Source of the DNA: an uncultured Bdellovibrionales bacterium
GTDB taxonomy: Bacteria > Patescibacteriota > Minisyncoccia > Moranbacterales > UBA1568
Length of the DNA: 64,000 nucleotides
Assembly (NCBI GenBank): GCA_964612055.1
Contig: CAZTBI010000001.1
Span: 71,957 to 135,956 of the forward strand
Reading direction: 5' to 3'
In this document: piece after piece, positions 1 to 9,561 of the stretch
How positions within the stretch are numbered: the first letter of the stretch is position 1
Layout: each line of letters opens with the position of its first letter
Position numbers and translations under genes: made by a program
Notes under the pieces: model-generated
Databases searched by the model: none
Told to the model about the DNA's origin: nothing
Seen by the model: only the letters and a program-made list of their open reading frames with translations

Positions 1-474
1 TCGATCAACGATGAGAAGGATTCTGCTTTGGAGACGAGCACCTTACTTGAAACGTATCTCGATACCAGACGTCATGGACTCGGAGATGAGGTGAAACGGC
101 GTATCATGCTTGGGACGCACAGCTTGTCCTCGGGGTATTACGATGCCTATTATCTCAAAGCGCAGAAAGTCCGGGCTCTCTTGAAACAGGATTTTGAAAA
201 GGCGTTTGAAGAAGTGGATCTCATTTTTTCTCCGACTGCACCAGAGCCAGCCTTCAAGATTGGAGAGAAGACAACGGATCCGCTCAAGATGTATCTCGGT
301 GATATCTATACGGTTACAGCCAACCTGACCGGTGTCCCGGCGATATCCTTTCCTATCGGTACTGTCCTGGAAGAAGGAAAGAATCTTCCTATTGGAGGGC
401 AGCTTTTAGGCAAATGGTTTGATGAAGAGACACTTCTTTCCGTAGCGCACGCTTTCGAAACACAAAAACAATAG
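1..474 (+). CDS. gatA: Glutamyl-tRNA(Gln) amidotransferase subunit A, C-terminal part (5' truncated by window edge)
   Basis: Frame-1 ORF open from base 1. Translation ...[17 protein letters not shown]...[14 protein letters not shown]... matches the conserved GatA C-terminus. gatB lies 6.3 kb downstream. Confidence 0.85.
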   Translation, partial: SINDEKDSALETSTLLETYLDTRRHGLGDEVKRRIMLGTHSLSSGYYDAYYLKAQKVRALLKQDFEKAFEEVDLIFSPTAPEPAFKIGEKTTDPLKMYLGDIYTVTANLTGVPAISFPIGTVLEEGKNLPIGGQLLGKWFDEETLLSVAHAFETQKQ

Positions 475-486
475 AAATTTTTCAAT

Positions 487-1017
487 ATGGAGGTTGATCT
501 GACACAAGTCGCCATACTTATTTGGTCGAAGCTGAGCTATTTCTTCGATCACTCGATTTTTTGGTCGGCCATAAAGTTTTTCCTCTTTGTCTATGTGGCG
601 GTGCTCTTTGTTGATGTCGTGCTCTTGCTTATGCTCAAGGGAGTCTCTTCCGACCTGAAAGCAGTGCTCTATGGTGCTGAGCGACCACTTATGTCTCAGA
701 GTAAGCTCATCAAGCGTTGGGAGGCGATAAAAGCGCGCCTCGGAAGTGATAACCCTTCACAGTACAAGGTCGCAGTCTTGGAAGCGGATGCCTTGGCCGA
801 TGAGATATTGGGCGGTATCGGCTACCAGGGGACGACTATGGCGGATAAGTTTGAGCAGGTACGCGGCGGACAGCTTGAAACCAAGGAACTTTTGATAGAG
901 GCTCACGAGGCCCGTAATCAGATCATTCATGATCCGAACCTCGTTCTTTCTCGGGATGACGCCAAGCGTTATTTGGACTATTTCCAGAAGTTTTTCGACG
1001 AAGTAGAGCTTTTTTAG
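487..1017 (+). CDS. hypothetical membrane-anchored protein (one N-terminal TM segment)
   Basis: ATG-started 176-aa ORF with a hydrophobic N-terminus and a charged soluble C-terminal domain. No recognisable family. Confidence 0.5.
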   Translation: MEVDLTQVAILIWSKLSYFFDHSIFWSAIKFFLFVYVAVLFVDVVLLLMLKGVSSDLKAVLYGAERPLMSQSKLIKRWEAIKARLGSDNPSQYKVAVLEADALADEILGGIGYQGTTMADKFEQVRGGQLETKELLIEAHEARNQIIHDPNLVLSRDDAKRYLDYFQKFFDEVELF

Positions 1018-1081
1018 CCCAGGAAGAGGGTGTTTTTGGCTCCGTTGACAATTCTTCCCTTTCCTGATATCTTTATTTCAC

Positions 1082-1103
1082 AAAGCCCTCGGGGCTTTTT
1101 TTA
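1082..1103 (+). terminator. rho-independent terminator (aaagccc-tcg-gggcttt + T7)
   Basis: Perfect 7-8 bp GC-containing stem followed by TTTTTTT, immediately after the 487..1017 ORF and before secE. Confidence 0.6.
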
Positions 1104-1116
1104 AGAGGCTCAAAAT

Positions 1117-1302
1117 ATGCAAGCGATACTGACATTTCTTCGAGAGGCTAAAGTAGAGCTTTTGCGGGTCAATTGGCCATCGCAAAAAGAAGTCGCTCGC
1201 TACACTTTTTTGGTAGTCGTGATGAGTCTCTCAGTCGCAATATTTTTGGGAAGTCTGGACTTTTTATTTGGTTTTCTCGTGGAGCGTTATCTCCTCCAAT
1301 AA
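1117..1302 (+). CDS. secE: preprotein translocase subunit SecE
   Basis: 61-aa protein with a single C-terminal TM helix (...YTFLVVVMSLSVAIFLGSLDFLFGFL...). It sits immediately upstream of nusG, the conserved secE-nusG arrangement. Confidence 0.85.
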   Translation: MQAILTFLREAKVELLRVNWPSQKEVARYTFLVVVMSLSVAIFLGSLDFLFGFLVERYLLQ

Positions 1303-1323
1303 TTTTTTACTCGTCAGTTTCGT

Positions 1324-1869
1324 ATGGCAAAGCAAACTCAACATCATGGTCGCGCCTGGTATGTGCTCCATACCTACTCTGGCTACGAAGACAACGTCGC
1401 TCGCAACTTGAAGCAGCGTATTGAGTCTATGGATATGCAGGACCATATTTTCGATGTCTTGGTTCCAAAGGAGAAGAAGATCAAGATCAAGGGTGGAAAG
1501 CGTGTGGTAGTAGAAGAGCGCATCTATCCTGGGTATGTACTCGTTGATATGATGGTTACCGATGCTTCTTGGTACGTCGTGCGCAATACTCCGAACGTGA
1601 CTGGTTTCATTGGTCTTGGTACCACTCCGACTCCGATTGATACGAAAGAAATTGATGCTCTGAAGAAGCGCATGGGTGTCGCTGAACCGAAGTACAAGAT
1701 TGATGTCCATGTTGGTGATGCCGTGAAGATTGTCGACGGACCGTTCAAGGAATTTGAAGGCAAGATTCAGGAAATTGATGAGGAAAAGGGGAAGGTAAAG
1801 GTGCTCGTCTCTATTTTCGGTCGTGAAACTCCTGTCGAGCTTGATTTCCTCCAGGTAAAGAAAGGCTAA
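1324..1869 (+). CDS. nusG: transcription termination/antitermination factor NusG
   Basis: NGN domain (WYVLHTYSGYE) plus C-terminal KOW motif (GDAVKIVDGPFKEFEGKIQEID). Confidence 0.92.
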   Translation: MAKQTQHHGRAWYVLHTYSGYEDNVARNLKQRIESMDMQDHIFDVLVPKEKKIKIKGGKRVVVEERIYPGYVLVDMMVTDASWYVVRNTPNVTGFIGLGTTPTPIDTKEIDALKKRMGVAEPKYKIDVHVGDAVKIVDGPFKEFEGKIQEIDEEKGKVKVLVSIFGRETPVELDFLQVKKG

Positions 1870-1890
1870 GTAACTGATTTTTAGAATACT

Positions 1891-2316
1891 ATGGCAAAGA
1901 CAATAAAGACCGTTATCAAACTGCAGATCGCCGCAGGCAAGGCGAATCCAGCTCCTCCAGTCGGACCGGCGCTTGGTCAGCACGGATTGAACATTCAGGA
2001 TTTCTGTAGCAAGTTCAATGCGGCTACCCAGGATCGTATGGGTGATGTGGTACCAGCTGAAATTACCGTGTACGAAGATCGTACCTTTACGTTTGTTTTG
2101 AAGACTTCACCAGCTTCTGATCTTTTGAAGAAGGCTGCCGGTATTGCAAAGGCTGCTGCCAACCCACTCAAGGACAAAGCGGGACAGGTGACTATGGCTC
2201 AGGTTCGTGAGATTGCTGAAAAGAAAATGTCTGATCTCTCAGCCAACGATGTCGAGGCTGCTATGAAGATTATTGCTGGTTCCGCTCGTTCGATGGGGAT
2301 AAAGGTAGTTGACTAG
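1891..2316 (+). CDS. rplK: 50S ribosomal protein L11
   Basis: [35 protein letters not shown]... is the canonical L11 N-terminus. Confidence 0.95.
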   Translation: MAKTIKTVIKLQIAAGKANPAPPVGPALGQHGLNIQDFCSKFNAATQDRMGDVVPAEITVYEDRTFTFVLKTSPASDLLKKAAGIAKAAANPLKDKAGQVTMAQVREIAEKKMSDLSANDVEAAMKIIAGSARSMGIKVVD

Positions 2317-2371
2317 ATTTTAAATTGGTAATTGTGGGAGCCTTAAAAAGCGTTTGTACCACGAGAACACT

Positions 2372-3061
2372 ATGAAACACGGAAAAGTATATCGTAACGC
2401 CGTAGCGAAGCTCGAAGTCGGGAAAGAGTATGCTCCGGAAGAGGCCCTGGCATTTCTCAAGGACAATAAGACCGCCAAGTTTGACGAGTCTGTCGAGGTG
2501 CATGTGCGTCTCGGTATCAACCCAAAGAAATCCGACGAAATGGTTCGTGCCACGGTTATTTTGCCACATGGTACAGGCCGCGCTCAGAAGGTAGTAGTTA
2601 TTACTGGCACCAAAGAAGCAGAGGCTAAAGAAGCAGAGGCGGATCTGATCGGTGGCGAAGAAGTTATTGCCGACATTAAGTCCGGTAAGCTTTCTCCCGG
2701 GACAGATTTCGATGTGATCTTGGCGACTCCAGAAATGATGCCTAAATTGGCTGTCATTGCGAAGATCCTTGGACCAAAGGGTATGATGCCATCACCGAAG
2801 ACTGAGACTGTCACGGTCAAGATCAAGGAAGCAGTGGAGATGCTCAAGAAAGGAAAGAAAGTGAGCTTCAAGAATGATGACACCGGCAATGTGCACCAGG
2901 TGATTGGCAAACTCTCCTTTACAGCTGAACAACTTGCTGAGAACTACCAGACATTCCGTGAAACACTCGACAAATCCAAGCCTGAGAACATGAAGGGCAA
3001 ACTGATCAAGTCCCTCTCCGTGTGCTCGACCATGGGTCCAAGTCTGACTCTTAAAGCCTAA
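2372..3061 (+). CDS. rplA: 50S ribosomal protein L1
   Basis: MKHGKVYRNAVAKLEVGKEY...VHVRLGINPKKSDEMVRATVILPHGTG is typical L1. ATG at 2372 preferred over the upstream TTG at 2354. Confidence 0.92.
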   Translation: MKHGKVYRNAVAKLEVGKEYAPEEALAFLKDNKTAKFDESVEVHVRLGINPKKSDEMVRATVILPHGTGRAQKVVVITGTKEAEAKEAEADLIGGEEVIADIKSGKLSPGTDFDVILATPEMMPKLAVIAKILGPKGMMPSPKTETVTVKIKEAVEMLKKGKKVSFKNDDTGNVHQVIGKLSFTAEQLAENYQTFRETLDKSKPENMKGKLIKSLSVCSTMGPSLTLKA

Positions 3062-3119
3062 GCCTTTAAAAGAGATCCTCGCTTCAGGGTCTCTTTTGTC
3101 AAAAAAAAACAACACGCCT

Positions 3120-3701
3120 ATGATTCTCTCAGATCGTGACATCAAGAAGGAGCTCAAAACGAAGGAGATTACTATCAAGCCATTCAAAGCGGAATGTCTC
3201 CAGCCAGCAAGTTATGATGTGCACCTCGATCGTCATTTTCTGGTATTCAATACCAATGCTAATTTCGTCATTGACCCGAGGGATATTTCCAAGGACTTGA
3301 TGAAAAAGATTGACATCGCAAAAGATGAGCCGTTTATTCTCCATCCGGGAGAGTTTGCTCTTGGGGTATTACTCGAAGAGACGGGGGTTTCTGATAAGCT
3401 CGTTGGTCGTCTCGAAGGTAAGAGCTCTCTTGGGCGTCTCGGTCTCATCATTCATACAACAGCGGGTTTCTTGGATGCTGGAAATTGTCTCAAGATGACG
3501 CTGGAACTTTTCAATGCTGGAAAGATCCCGCTCAAGCTTTATTACGGCATGCCGATTGGCCAGATGGCTTTCGAGTACCTCTCCTCACCCTGTGAACGTC
3601 CGTATGGTTCCAAGGGACTTAATTCTAAGTACAAGGGTGACACGAAGCCCCAGGCCTCAAAAATGCACCTCAATTTCAAGAAAAAAAGCTCCTCCAAGTG
3701 A
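3120..3701 (+). CDS. dcd: dCTP deaminase
   Basis: MILSDRDIKKEL...LQPASYDVHL...GRLEGKSSLGRLGLIIHTTAGFLDAG matches Dcd/dUTPase-fold motifs. Confidence 0.88.
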   Translation: MILSDRDIKKELKTKEITIKPFKAECLQPASYDVHLDRHFLVFNTNANFVIDPRDISKDLMKKIDIAKDEPFILHPGEFALGVLLEETGVSDKLVGRLEGKSSLGRLGLIIHTTAGFLDAGNCLKMTLELFNAGKIPLKLYYGMPIGQMAFEYLSSPCERPYGSKGLNSKYKGDTKPQASKMHLNFKKKSSSK

Positions 3702-3778
3702 GGGGTTTTTCTTTGTTTGCCGAAGTCCTTTTTGTGCGATAAAATGAAATATTGAGAGATAATTTTTCCCATACTATT

Positions 3779-4696
3779 ATGCGCCAATATCTTGATCTTC
3801 TGAAGCATATCGAGGAGCACGGGGTCGACAAGGGTGACCGGACTGGTACCGGAACACGCAGTGTCTTCGGATATCAGATGCGTTTTGATCTCTCTCAAGG
3901 GTTTCCGCTCATGACGACCAAGAAGATGGCGCTTCGTTCAATCATCGTCGAGCTCCTTTGGTTTTTGAAAGGCGATTCCAATTTGAAATATTTGGCGGAG
4001 AATAATGTTCATATTTGGGACGAGTGGCCCTACAAGGCATACTTGCAGCGTACCGGACAAGCGGTGCCAGTAACGGGGAGTGCAGAGTGGAAAACTGGTA
4101 TCACGGCTTTTATCGAAAAGATCAAAACAGATGAAGCTTTTGCCAAAGACTATGGCGAGCTGGGACCAATTTATGGGTACCAGTGGCGCAATTGGCCAAC
4201 ACCAGATGGCCGGCATATTGATCAGATCACCCAGGTGATCGAGCGCATCAAGGCAAAACCAGATGATCGACGCTTAATTGTATCGGCTTGGAATGTCGCC
4301 GATATAGAGGAGATGGCCAAGGCGGGACTCCCACCGTGTCACTGCCTCTTTCAGTTCTATGTCGCCAACGGAAAATTGTCGTGCCAGCTCTACCAGCGGA
4401 GCTGCGACACCTTTCTCGGTGTGCCATTTAATATTGCTTCCTACGCACTCTTGACCATGATGGTAGCGCAGGTCTGTGATTTGGAACCAGGAGAATTCGT
4501 ATGGACTGGTGGTGATGTGCATATTTATAGCAATCATCATGATCAAGTGAAGGAGCAGCTTTCTCGTGATCCGTTGCCACTCCCAATCATGAAGCTCAAT
4601 CCGGCAGTGAAAAATATCTTTGATTTCAAACTTGAGGATTTCACCCTTGAGAATTATCAATCACACGAAGCGATCAAGGCTCCAATCGCCGTCTAA
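3779..4696 (+). CDS. thyA: thymidylate synthase (ThyA type, long form with insertion)
   Basis: [11 protein letters not shown]...[19 protein letters not shown]...[11 protein letters not shown]... gives the active-site Cys motif and the conserved ThyA N-terminus. Confidence 0.93.
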   Translation: MRQYLDLLKHIEEHGVDKGDRTGTGTRSVFGYQMRFDLSQGFPLMTTKKMALRSIIVELLWFLKGDSNLKYLAENNVHIWDEWPYKAYLQRTGQAVPVTGSAEWKTGITAFIEKIKTDEAFAKDYGELGPIYGYQWRNWPTPDGRHIDQITQVIERIKAKPDDRRLIVSAWNVADIEEMAKAGLPPCHCLFQFYVANGKLSCQLYQRSCDTFLGVPFNIASYALLTMMVAQVCDLEPGEFVWTGGDVHIYSNHHDQVKEQLSRDPLPLPIMKLNPAVKNIFDFKLEDFTLENYQSHEAIKAPIAV

Positions 4697-4728
4697 ACAC
4701 CTGTTACATGAATACTCCACGACTTAGT

Positions 4729-5196
4729 ATGATCGTTGCTGTTGATGAAGCGCGCGCCATCGGCAAAGACAATATGCTTCTTTGGCATATACCAGAAGAT
4801 TTGAAACGCTTCAAGGAATTGACGACGGGTCACGTTGTGATTATGGGTGAAAATACGTATCGTTCGATTGGGCGACCGCTTCCTAACCGGAAGAATATTG
4901 TCATGACTATGAGTGCGGATCTGGAACTTCCAGGATGCCTCGTGGCGCACTCACTTGATGAGGCGTTGCAAAAAGCTAAGGAAGAAGAATCGGAAGAAGT
5001 TTTTGTCATCGGTGGTGCGAGTATATATAAACAGTTTCTTCCGATGATTGATCGACTGTATCTGACTCTGGTGCAGGGGACGCACGAAGCAGACACTTTT
5101 TTCCCAGAGTATTCAGAATTTCAGAAAGTCATCAGTCAGGAAGAAGGTCAGAGCGGAGAATATCATTATACGTATTTTGTTCTCGAAAAGAATTAA
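4729..5196 (+). CDS. folA: dihydrofolate reductase
   Basis: MIVAVDEARAIGKDNMLLWHIPEDLKRFKELTTGHVVIMGENTYRSIG is the DHFR signature. Alternative ATG at 4708. Confidence 0.9.
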   Translation: MIVAVDEARAIGKDNMLLWHIPEDLKRFKELTTGHVVIMGENTYRSIGRPLPNRKNIVMTMSADLELPGCLVAHSLDEALQKAKEEESEEVFVIGGASIYKQFLPMIDRLYLTLVQGTHEADTFFPEYSEFQKVISQEEGQSGEYHYTYFVLEKN

Positions 5197-5205
5197 CTCA
5201 ATATC

Positions 5206-5763
5206 ATGGCAAAGATTATTTTAGGTGTGGCAGGCGAGATCGGCGCTGGGAAAGATACAGTGACTTCATACATCACGGAAACGCATGGTGCCAAGTATTA
5301 TCGCTATTCCATTATCCTAAAGGATATTTTGAAGCGTCTCCATTTGCCTTATGACCGTATCAGTTTAGCGAATCTTGCTGAGGCGCTCCGGGCATATTTC
5401 GGGGAAAATGTTCTTTCTCGTACGTTGGTGGCTGATGCGGAGGTTGATGCAGATGCTGAAATCATTGTTTTTGATGGTATTCGTAAGGTGGCTGAGCTTG
5501 AATTTCTGAAAACATTTCCTCATTTTAAGTTTATTTTTGTTGATGCAGAGATGAAGGTGCGGTATGACCGGTTAGTAAAGCGTGGAGAAAAGTCTGACGA
5601 TGCTGGTAAAACGATGGAACAGTTTATGAAGGATCATGAGCACGCGGCTGATAACGTGATCTTAAAATTAAGAGAGTACGCTGATGTCGTAATTGATAAT
5701 AATGGAACTTTGGAGGATCTGTATGCGCAGATTGACAAAGCTTTGGTTGATCTAAAGAAATAA
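5206..5763 (+). CDS. P-loop nucleotide kinase, T4 gp1-like deoxynucleoside monophosphate kinase (putative)
   Basis: Walker A GVAGEIGAGKDTVTSYI resembles the T4 dNMP kinase N-terminus (SGVKRSGKDTTADFI). The gene is embedded between folA and tmk in a dTTP-synthesis operon. Confidence 0.55.
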   Translation: MAKIILGVAGEIGAGKDTVTSYITETHGAKYYRYSIILKDILKRLHLPYDRISLANLAEALRAYFGENVLSRTLVADAEVDADAEIIVFDGIRKVAELEFLKTFPHFKFIFVDAEMKVRYDRLVKRGEKSDDAGKTMEQFMKDHEHAADNVILKLREYADVVIDNNGTLEDLYAQIDKALVDLKK

Positions 5764-5775
5764 TTCTGTGACTGT

Positions 5776-6375
5776 ATGAAAAAAGGAAAATTCATCGTTT
5801 TTGAAGGGTTGGATGGGGCCGGGCAAGGGACACAAATCGCGTTGCTTGAGAAATATCTCAAGTCAAAAAATGAGAAGGTGTATGTAACTTCAGAGCCAAC
5901 ACAAAATTTAATTGGCGGACTCATACGATCTTTACTCAGGCATCACTGGTCACTGAGTAATACCGGTATCCAGCTTCTTTACTCTGCGGATCGTGCCCAT
6001 CATCTCGAGGCTGAGATATACCCTGTACAAGAAAAGGGCCATCATGTTATTTCAGGTCGCTACTTCTTTTCCACTATTGCCTTCGGATCACTCAATAATG
6101 ATGTGAAGTGGTTGAAAGCTATTAGTGAAAAATTTCCTAACCCCGATGTGACTATATTTCTGAAAGTTACTCCAAAAGAGTGCATTCGTCGTATTAATAG
6201 TGGTCGGCCACTGAAAGAGTTCTTTGAGAAAGAGAAAATTTTGCAGAAGGTCTATAAGACCTATCTAGCTCTTGTCAAAGATAAGAAATATAAGAATGTG
6301 TATGTTGTTGATGGGGAGCAGTCAATGGAAAAGGTTGCTCAAGATATCCAAAAGATTATCAACAAGCATATCTAG
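5776..6375 (+). CDS. tmk: thymidylate (dTMP) kinase
   Basis: MKKGKFIVFEGLDGAGQGTQIALLEKYL is the Tmk P-loop, with an LID region downstream. Confidence 0.9.
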   Translation: MKKGKFIVFEGLDGAGQGTQIALLEKYLKSKNEKVYVTSEPTQNLIGGLIRSLLRHHWSLSNTGIQLLYSADRAHHLEAEIYPVQEKGHHVISGRYFFSTIAFGSLNNDVKWLKAISEKFPNPDVTIFLKVTPKECIRRINSGRPLKEFFEKEKILQKVYKTYLALVKDKKYKNVYVVDGEQSMEKVAQDIQKIINKHI

Positions 6376-6380
6376 TCTGT

Positions 6381-6806
6381 ATGAAACTAAATGTCAAAAA
6401 ATTGTATCCAGATGCGACCGTGCCTGCTCGGGCGCATCATGATGATGCGGGTTTAGATCTCTACTCGTACGAAACATTTGAATTGGCGGCTGGGGAAAGA
6501 CGAACGGTTAAAACTGGTATTGCACTCGCTATCCCTTCTGGTTTTGTCGGTCTCATCTGGGATAAGTCGAGTGTGCCGCATAAGTGGGGAGTCAAAACTA
6601 TGGGTGGCGTCATTGATGCATCGTACCGTGGAGAAATCGGAGTTATTATGGTGAATCTTTCAGAAGAGACTCAGAAGTTCGAAAAAGGCGCTAAAATAAG
6701 CCAATTATTGATCCAAAGAGTGGAATTACCAGAAGTTTGCGAAGTGACCGAGTTAGATGATACCATAAGAGGTGAAGGTGGATTTGGCAGTACCGGCACT
6801 CATTAG
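6381..6806 (+). CDS. dut: dUTP diphosphatase (dUTPase)
   Basis: dUTPase motifs are present (AGLDLYS, GLIWDKSS, GVIDASYRGEIGVIMVN, RGEGGFGSTG). Confidence 0.92.
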   Translation: MKLNVKKLYPDATVPARAHHDDAGLDLYSYETFELAAGERRTVKTGIALAIPSGFVGLIWDKSSVPHKWGVKTMGGVIDASYRGEIGVIMVNLSEETQKFEKGAKISQLLIQRVELPEVCEVTELDDTIRGEGGFGSTGTH

Positions 6807-6818
6807 AGAATTTTAGGT

Positions 6819-8294
6819 ATGAAATACAACGTGACTATCGGCATGGAAGTGCATGCTGAGCTCAAAACGAAATCGAAGATGTTCTGCTCCTGCAAGAATG
6901 GTTTGGGTATGGAAACAGAACCGAACGTGAACATCTGTCCGGTGTGTACAGCGCAGCCTGGGGCATTACCAGTACCCAACGCTGCTGCTATCAAGGCGGT
7001 GCAGCGTGTCGGACTTGCTTTGGGTTGCACCCTACGTCTCCAGTCGAAATTTGATCGCAAGAATTATTTCTATCCTGATCTGCCAAAGGGCTATCAGATT
7101 TCTCAGTACGATGAACCCTTTTGTGAAAAAGGGACAATGGTGATTGGGGACAAATCATTTCGAATTACCCGTATTCATCTGGAAGAAGATACAGGGAAGT
7201 CAATGCATCCGGGAGGAGCAGACTATACGCTCGTTGACTACAATCGTGCCGGGGTGCCGCTCATGGAACTGGTGACCGAGCCTGATTTCACTAACAGCAA
7301 GGATGTCGGATTGTTTTGTCAGACGCTCCGTCAGACTTTGCGCTATCTCGATGTTTCTAATGCTGATATGGAAAAGGGGCAGATGCGTTGTGAAGTGAAC
7401 ATCTCGCTCTATCCAGAAGGCTCTGATCGTTTGTCTGGTACGAAAGTTGAGGTCAAGAATATCAACTCGTTCCGTTCTGTTGAGCGTGCTATTGAGTATG
7501 AGATTGTCCGTCAGACCGAGGCGCTTGATAAAGGGGAGAAGCTGATCCAGGAAACGAGGGGTTGGGATGAGAATAAGAACATCACCGTCTCTCAGCGCAA
7601 GAAAGAATCAGCCCATGATTATCGTTATTTCCCTGAGCCAGATATTCCACCCTTTGAATTTGATGAGGCATATGTCGAAGAGCTTCGCGCGACACTCCCT
7701 GAGTTACCTCATGCCAAGCTGAAGCGTTTCGTTACGCAGTATGGCCTGCCAGAGAATGACGCCATTATTTTGACCGAAGAACGAAAGTTTTCGGAATACT
7801 TCGAGGCGGTGGTGAGCGAGCTTGAAGAAAAAGTGCAGGCCAAAGAAGTAATAGCGCCCCTTGAGCGTGCCGTGAAACTCGCGGCGAACTACATGTTGAC
7901 CGAACTCCGCAAGCATCTTACTGAAAATAACCAGTCTATCGAAGATCTGCCTATCAAAGCAGAAAACTACGCTGAGTTTATCGGTATTGTGGCTGATGGT
8001 AAGATCAACTCCAGTGCGGCGCAGACAGTCCTGGGAGAGATGTATCGTGGCTCTGATGGTGACACGGATCCGACGCACATCATCGATCGTCTCAACTTGG
8101 GCCAGGTGAATGATACTGAAGCGCTCGAAAAAGCGGTGGATTTGGTCTTGGAGCGAAATGAGCAGTCAGTGACCGACTACAAGGCTGGTAAACAAAATGC
8201 CTTTCAATACTTGATTGGTCAGGTGATGAAGGAATCGAAAGGGAAGGCCAATCCTCAAATGGTTTCAGAAATACTTCGCAAAAAACTTGCATAA
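6819..8294 (+). CDS. gatB: aspartyl/glutamyl-tRNA amidotransferase subunit B
   Basis: MKYNVTIGMEVHAELKTKSKMFCSC...PNVNICPVCTAQPGALP is the GatB N-terminus. The C-terminal YqeY-like domain is present. Confidence 0.93.
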   Translation: MKYNVTIGMEVHAELKTKSKMFCSCKNGLGMETEPNVNICPVCTAQPGALPVPNAAAIKAVQRVGLALGCTLRLQSKFDRKNYFYPDLPKGYQISQYDEPFCEKGTMVIGDKSFRITRIHLEEDTGKSMHPGGADYTLVDYNRAGVPLMELVTEPDFTNSKDVGLFCQTLRQTLRYLDVSNADMEKGQMRCEVNISLYPEGSDRLSGTKVEVKNINSFRSVERAIEYEIVRQTEALDKGEKLIQETRGWDENKNITVSQRKKESAHDYRYFPEPDIPPFEFDEAYVEELRATLPELPHAKLKRFVTQYGLPENDAIILTEERKFSEYFEAVVSELEEKVQAKEVIAPLERAVKLAANYMLTELRKHLTENNQSIEDLPIKAENYAEFIGIVADGKINSSAAQTVLGEMYRGSDGDTDPTHIIDRLNLGQVNDTEALEKAVDLVLERNEQSVTDYKAGKQNAFQYLIGQVMKESKGKANPQMVSEILRKKLA

Positions 8295-8370
8295 AACCTA
8301 CTTGCTTAAATTTCTTGTTTAAGCTACTTTTGGTGTGGGAATAATCCCGCAAACAACGAGGGGATTCACC

Positions 8371-8544
8371 ATGGACAAAAGTCCGCCTTCCAAGCTGGAG
8401 CTGGACCCGGTCGCTTCGGCGAGAATTCAGGCCTGGTATCGGAAGTACTTGGAACGATGGAAGCAACACTCGCTTGAACGGGAGCAAGCAATGCGTGCTG
8501 CTGCGCAACGTGCCGAAGACGTGCGCGATACGCCGCTGTTCTGA
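8371..8544 (+). CDS. small hypothetical protein (57 aa), GC-rich ORF
   Basis: ORF MDKSPPSKLELDPVASARIQAWYRKYLERWKQH... sits between gatB and miaA and is locally GC-rich. It is followed by a clean intrinsic terminator. No homology is recognisable. Confidence 0.3.
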   Translation: MDKSPPSKLELDPVASARIQAWYRKYLERWKQHSLEREQAMRAAAQRAEDVRDTPLF

Positions 8545-8571
8545 GAAGTACGGATTCGGAAGAACGTCAGA

Positions 8572-8605
8572 GGTGCTACGAGAAAATTCGGAGCACCTTT
8601 TTTAT
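8572..8605. terminator. bidirectional rho-independent terminator (ggtgct...agcacc + T7)
   Basis: 6-bp GC stem with a 13-nt loop, followed by TTTTTTATT. It is located between convergent genes (small + ORF and miaA on -). Confidence 0.6.
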
Positions 8606-8608
8606 TCC

Positions 8609-9505
8609 TTAGAAAAGTTTTTCTGCTTCTTTAGCTTCGGTAATCCAATGAATCTTGGCGCCCATTTTTTCGAAACGGCGCAGCCAGGTGATTTGGCGCT
8701 TGGCGTAGTGGCGGATTTCAAAGTTCAGACGTTCTTTCATTTCTTCTTTTGAAATTTTTCCTTGGAGAAAAAGAGCGATGTATTTGTATTCTAGGCCGAA
8801 GCTTTCGAGTTTTTTGAAGCTCAGTCCGCTGGCACGTAAGTTCTTTACTTCAGCGAGCATGCCTTTTTTGAGACGCTTCTCTAGCCGCGTCTCGATGTTC
8901 TTATTGAGTGTTTCTTTTGGCGGATTGAGAGCGATAATGAGGAAAGATTCCCGATCTTTGATCTTCGGTTTTTGGACGGGAGGGACTTTACCAAGTGCAG
9001 CGACGATCTCCAGGGCTCGGATGAGACGAATCTTATTCTTGGGATCAATATTTTTGGCACGAGTAGAATCTTTCTTTTTCAGTTGCGCGAAGAGCTCTTC
9101 AGCTGAGAGTTTATCAAGCTTCTTCCGGAGTGCCATATCAGGTTTTACGGCTGGAAAAGTATTTTCTTCGAGGAGGGCTTGAATCCAAAATCCAGTACCA
9201 CCGCAGATAATCGGGTTTTTCTGGCGCTTTTTGATATCGTTTATAATTTTCTTAGCATCGCGGACGAAATGAGTGACGTTGTAATTTCGCTTTGGACTGC
9301 CAACGTCGAGAAGGTGATGTTTGGCCAGTTTTTGTTCAGCCTTGGTCACTTTGCCAGTACCGATATCCATGCCACGGTAGACTTGTCGGCTATCGGCCGA
9401 GATGATTTCGCCATTGTATTTTTGAGCGAGAGCAATGGCTAAATCCGACTTGCCAGAAGCTGTCGGTCCCATAATGACAAGAGTTTTGTGGAATGATTTT
9501 CGCAT
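8609..9505 (-). CDS. miaA: tRNA dimethylallyltransferase MiaA
   Basis: LVIMGPTASGKSDLAIALAQKYNGEIISADSRQVYRGMDIGTGK is the MiaA P-loop and signature. Confidence 0.92.
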   Translation of the reverse strand: MRKSFHKTLVIMGPTASGKSDLAIALAQKYNGEIISADSRQVYRGMDIGTGKVTKAEQKLAKHHLLDVGSPKRNYNVTHFVRDAKKIINDIKKRQKNPIICGGTGFWIQALLEENTFPAVKPDMALRKKLDKLSAEELFAQLKKKDSTRAKNIDPKNKIRLIRALEIVAALGKVPPVQKPKIKDRESFLIIALNPPKETLNKNIETRLEKRLKKGMLAEVKNLRASGLSFKKLESFGLEYKYIALFLQGKISKEEMKERLNFEIRHYAKRQITWLRRFEKMGAKIHWITEAKEAEKLF

Positions 9506-9561
9506 CGCACTAGTATGTCATATTTCTCTTTTTTGGCAAAGAATTTATAAATTTCTGCATC

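Noticed and set aside
1264-1983. 239-aa minus-strand ORF overlapping nusG
   Set aside because: It is antisense to a clearly conserved NusG gene and has low-complexity, motif-free translation.
2317-2371. Possible L1-binding autoregulatory mRNA site between rplK and rplA
   Set aside because: At only 55 nt it is too short. No convincing mimic of the 23S L1-binding helix was seen.
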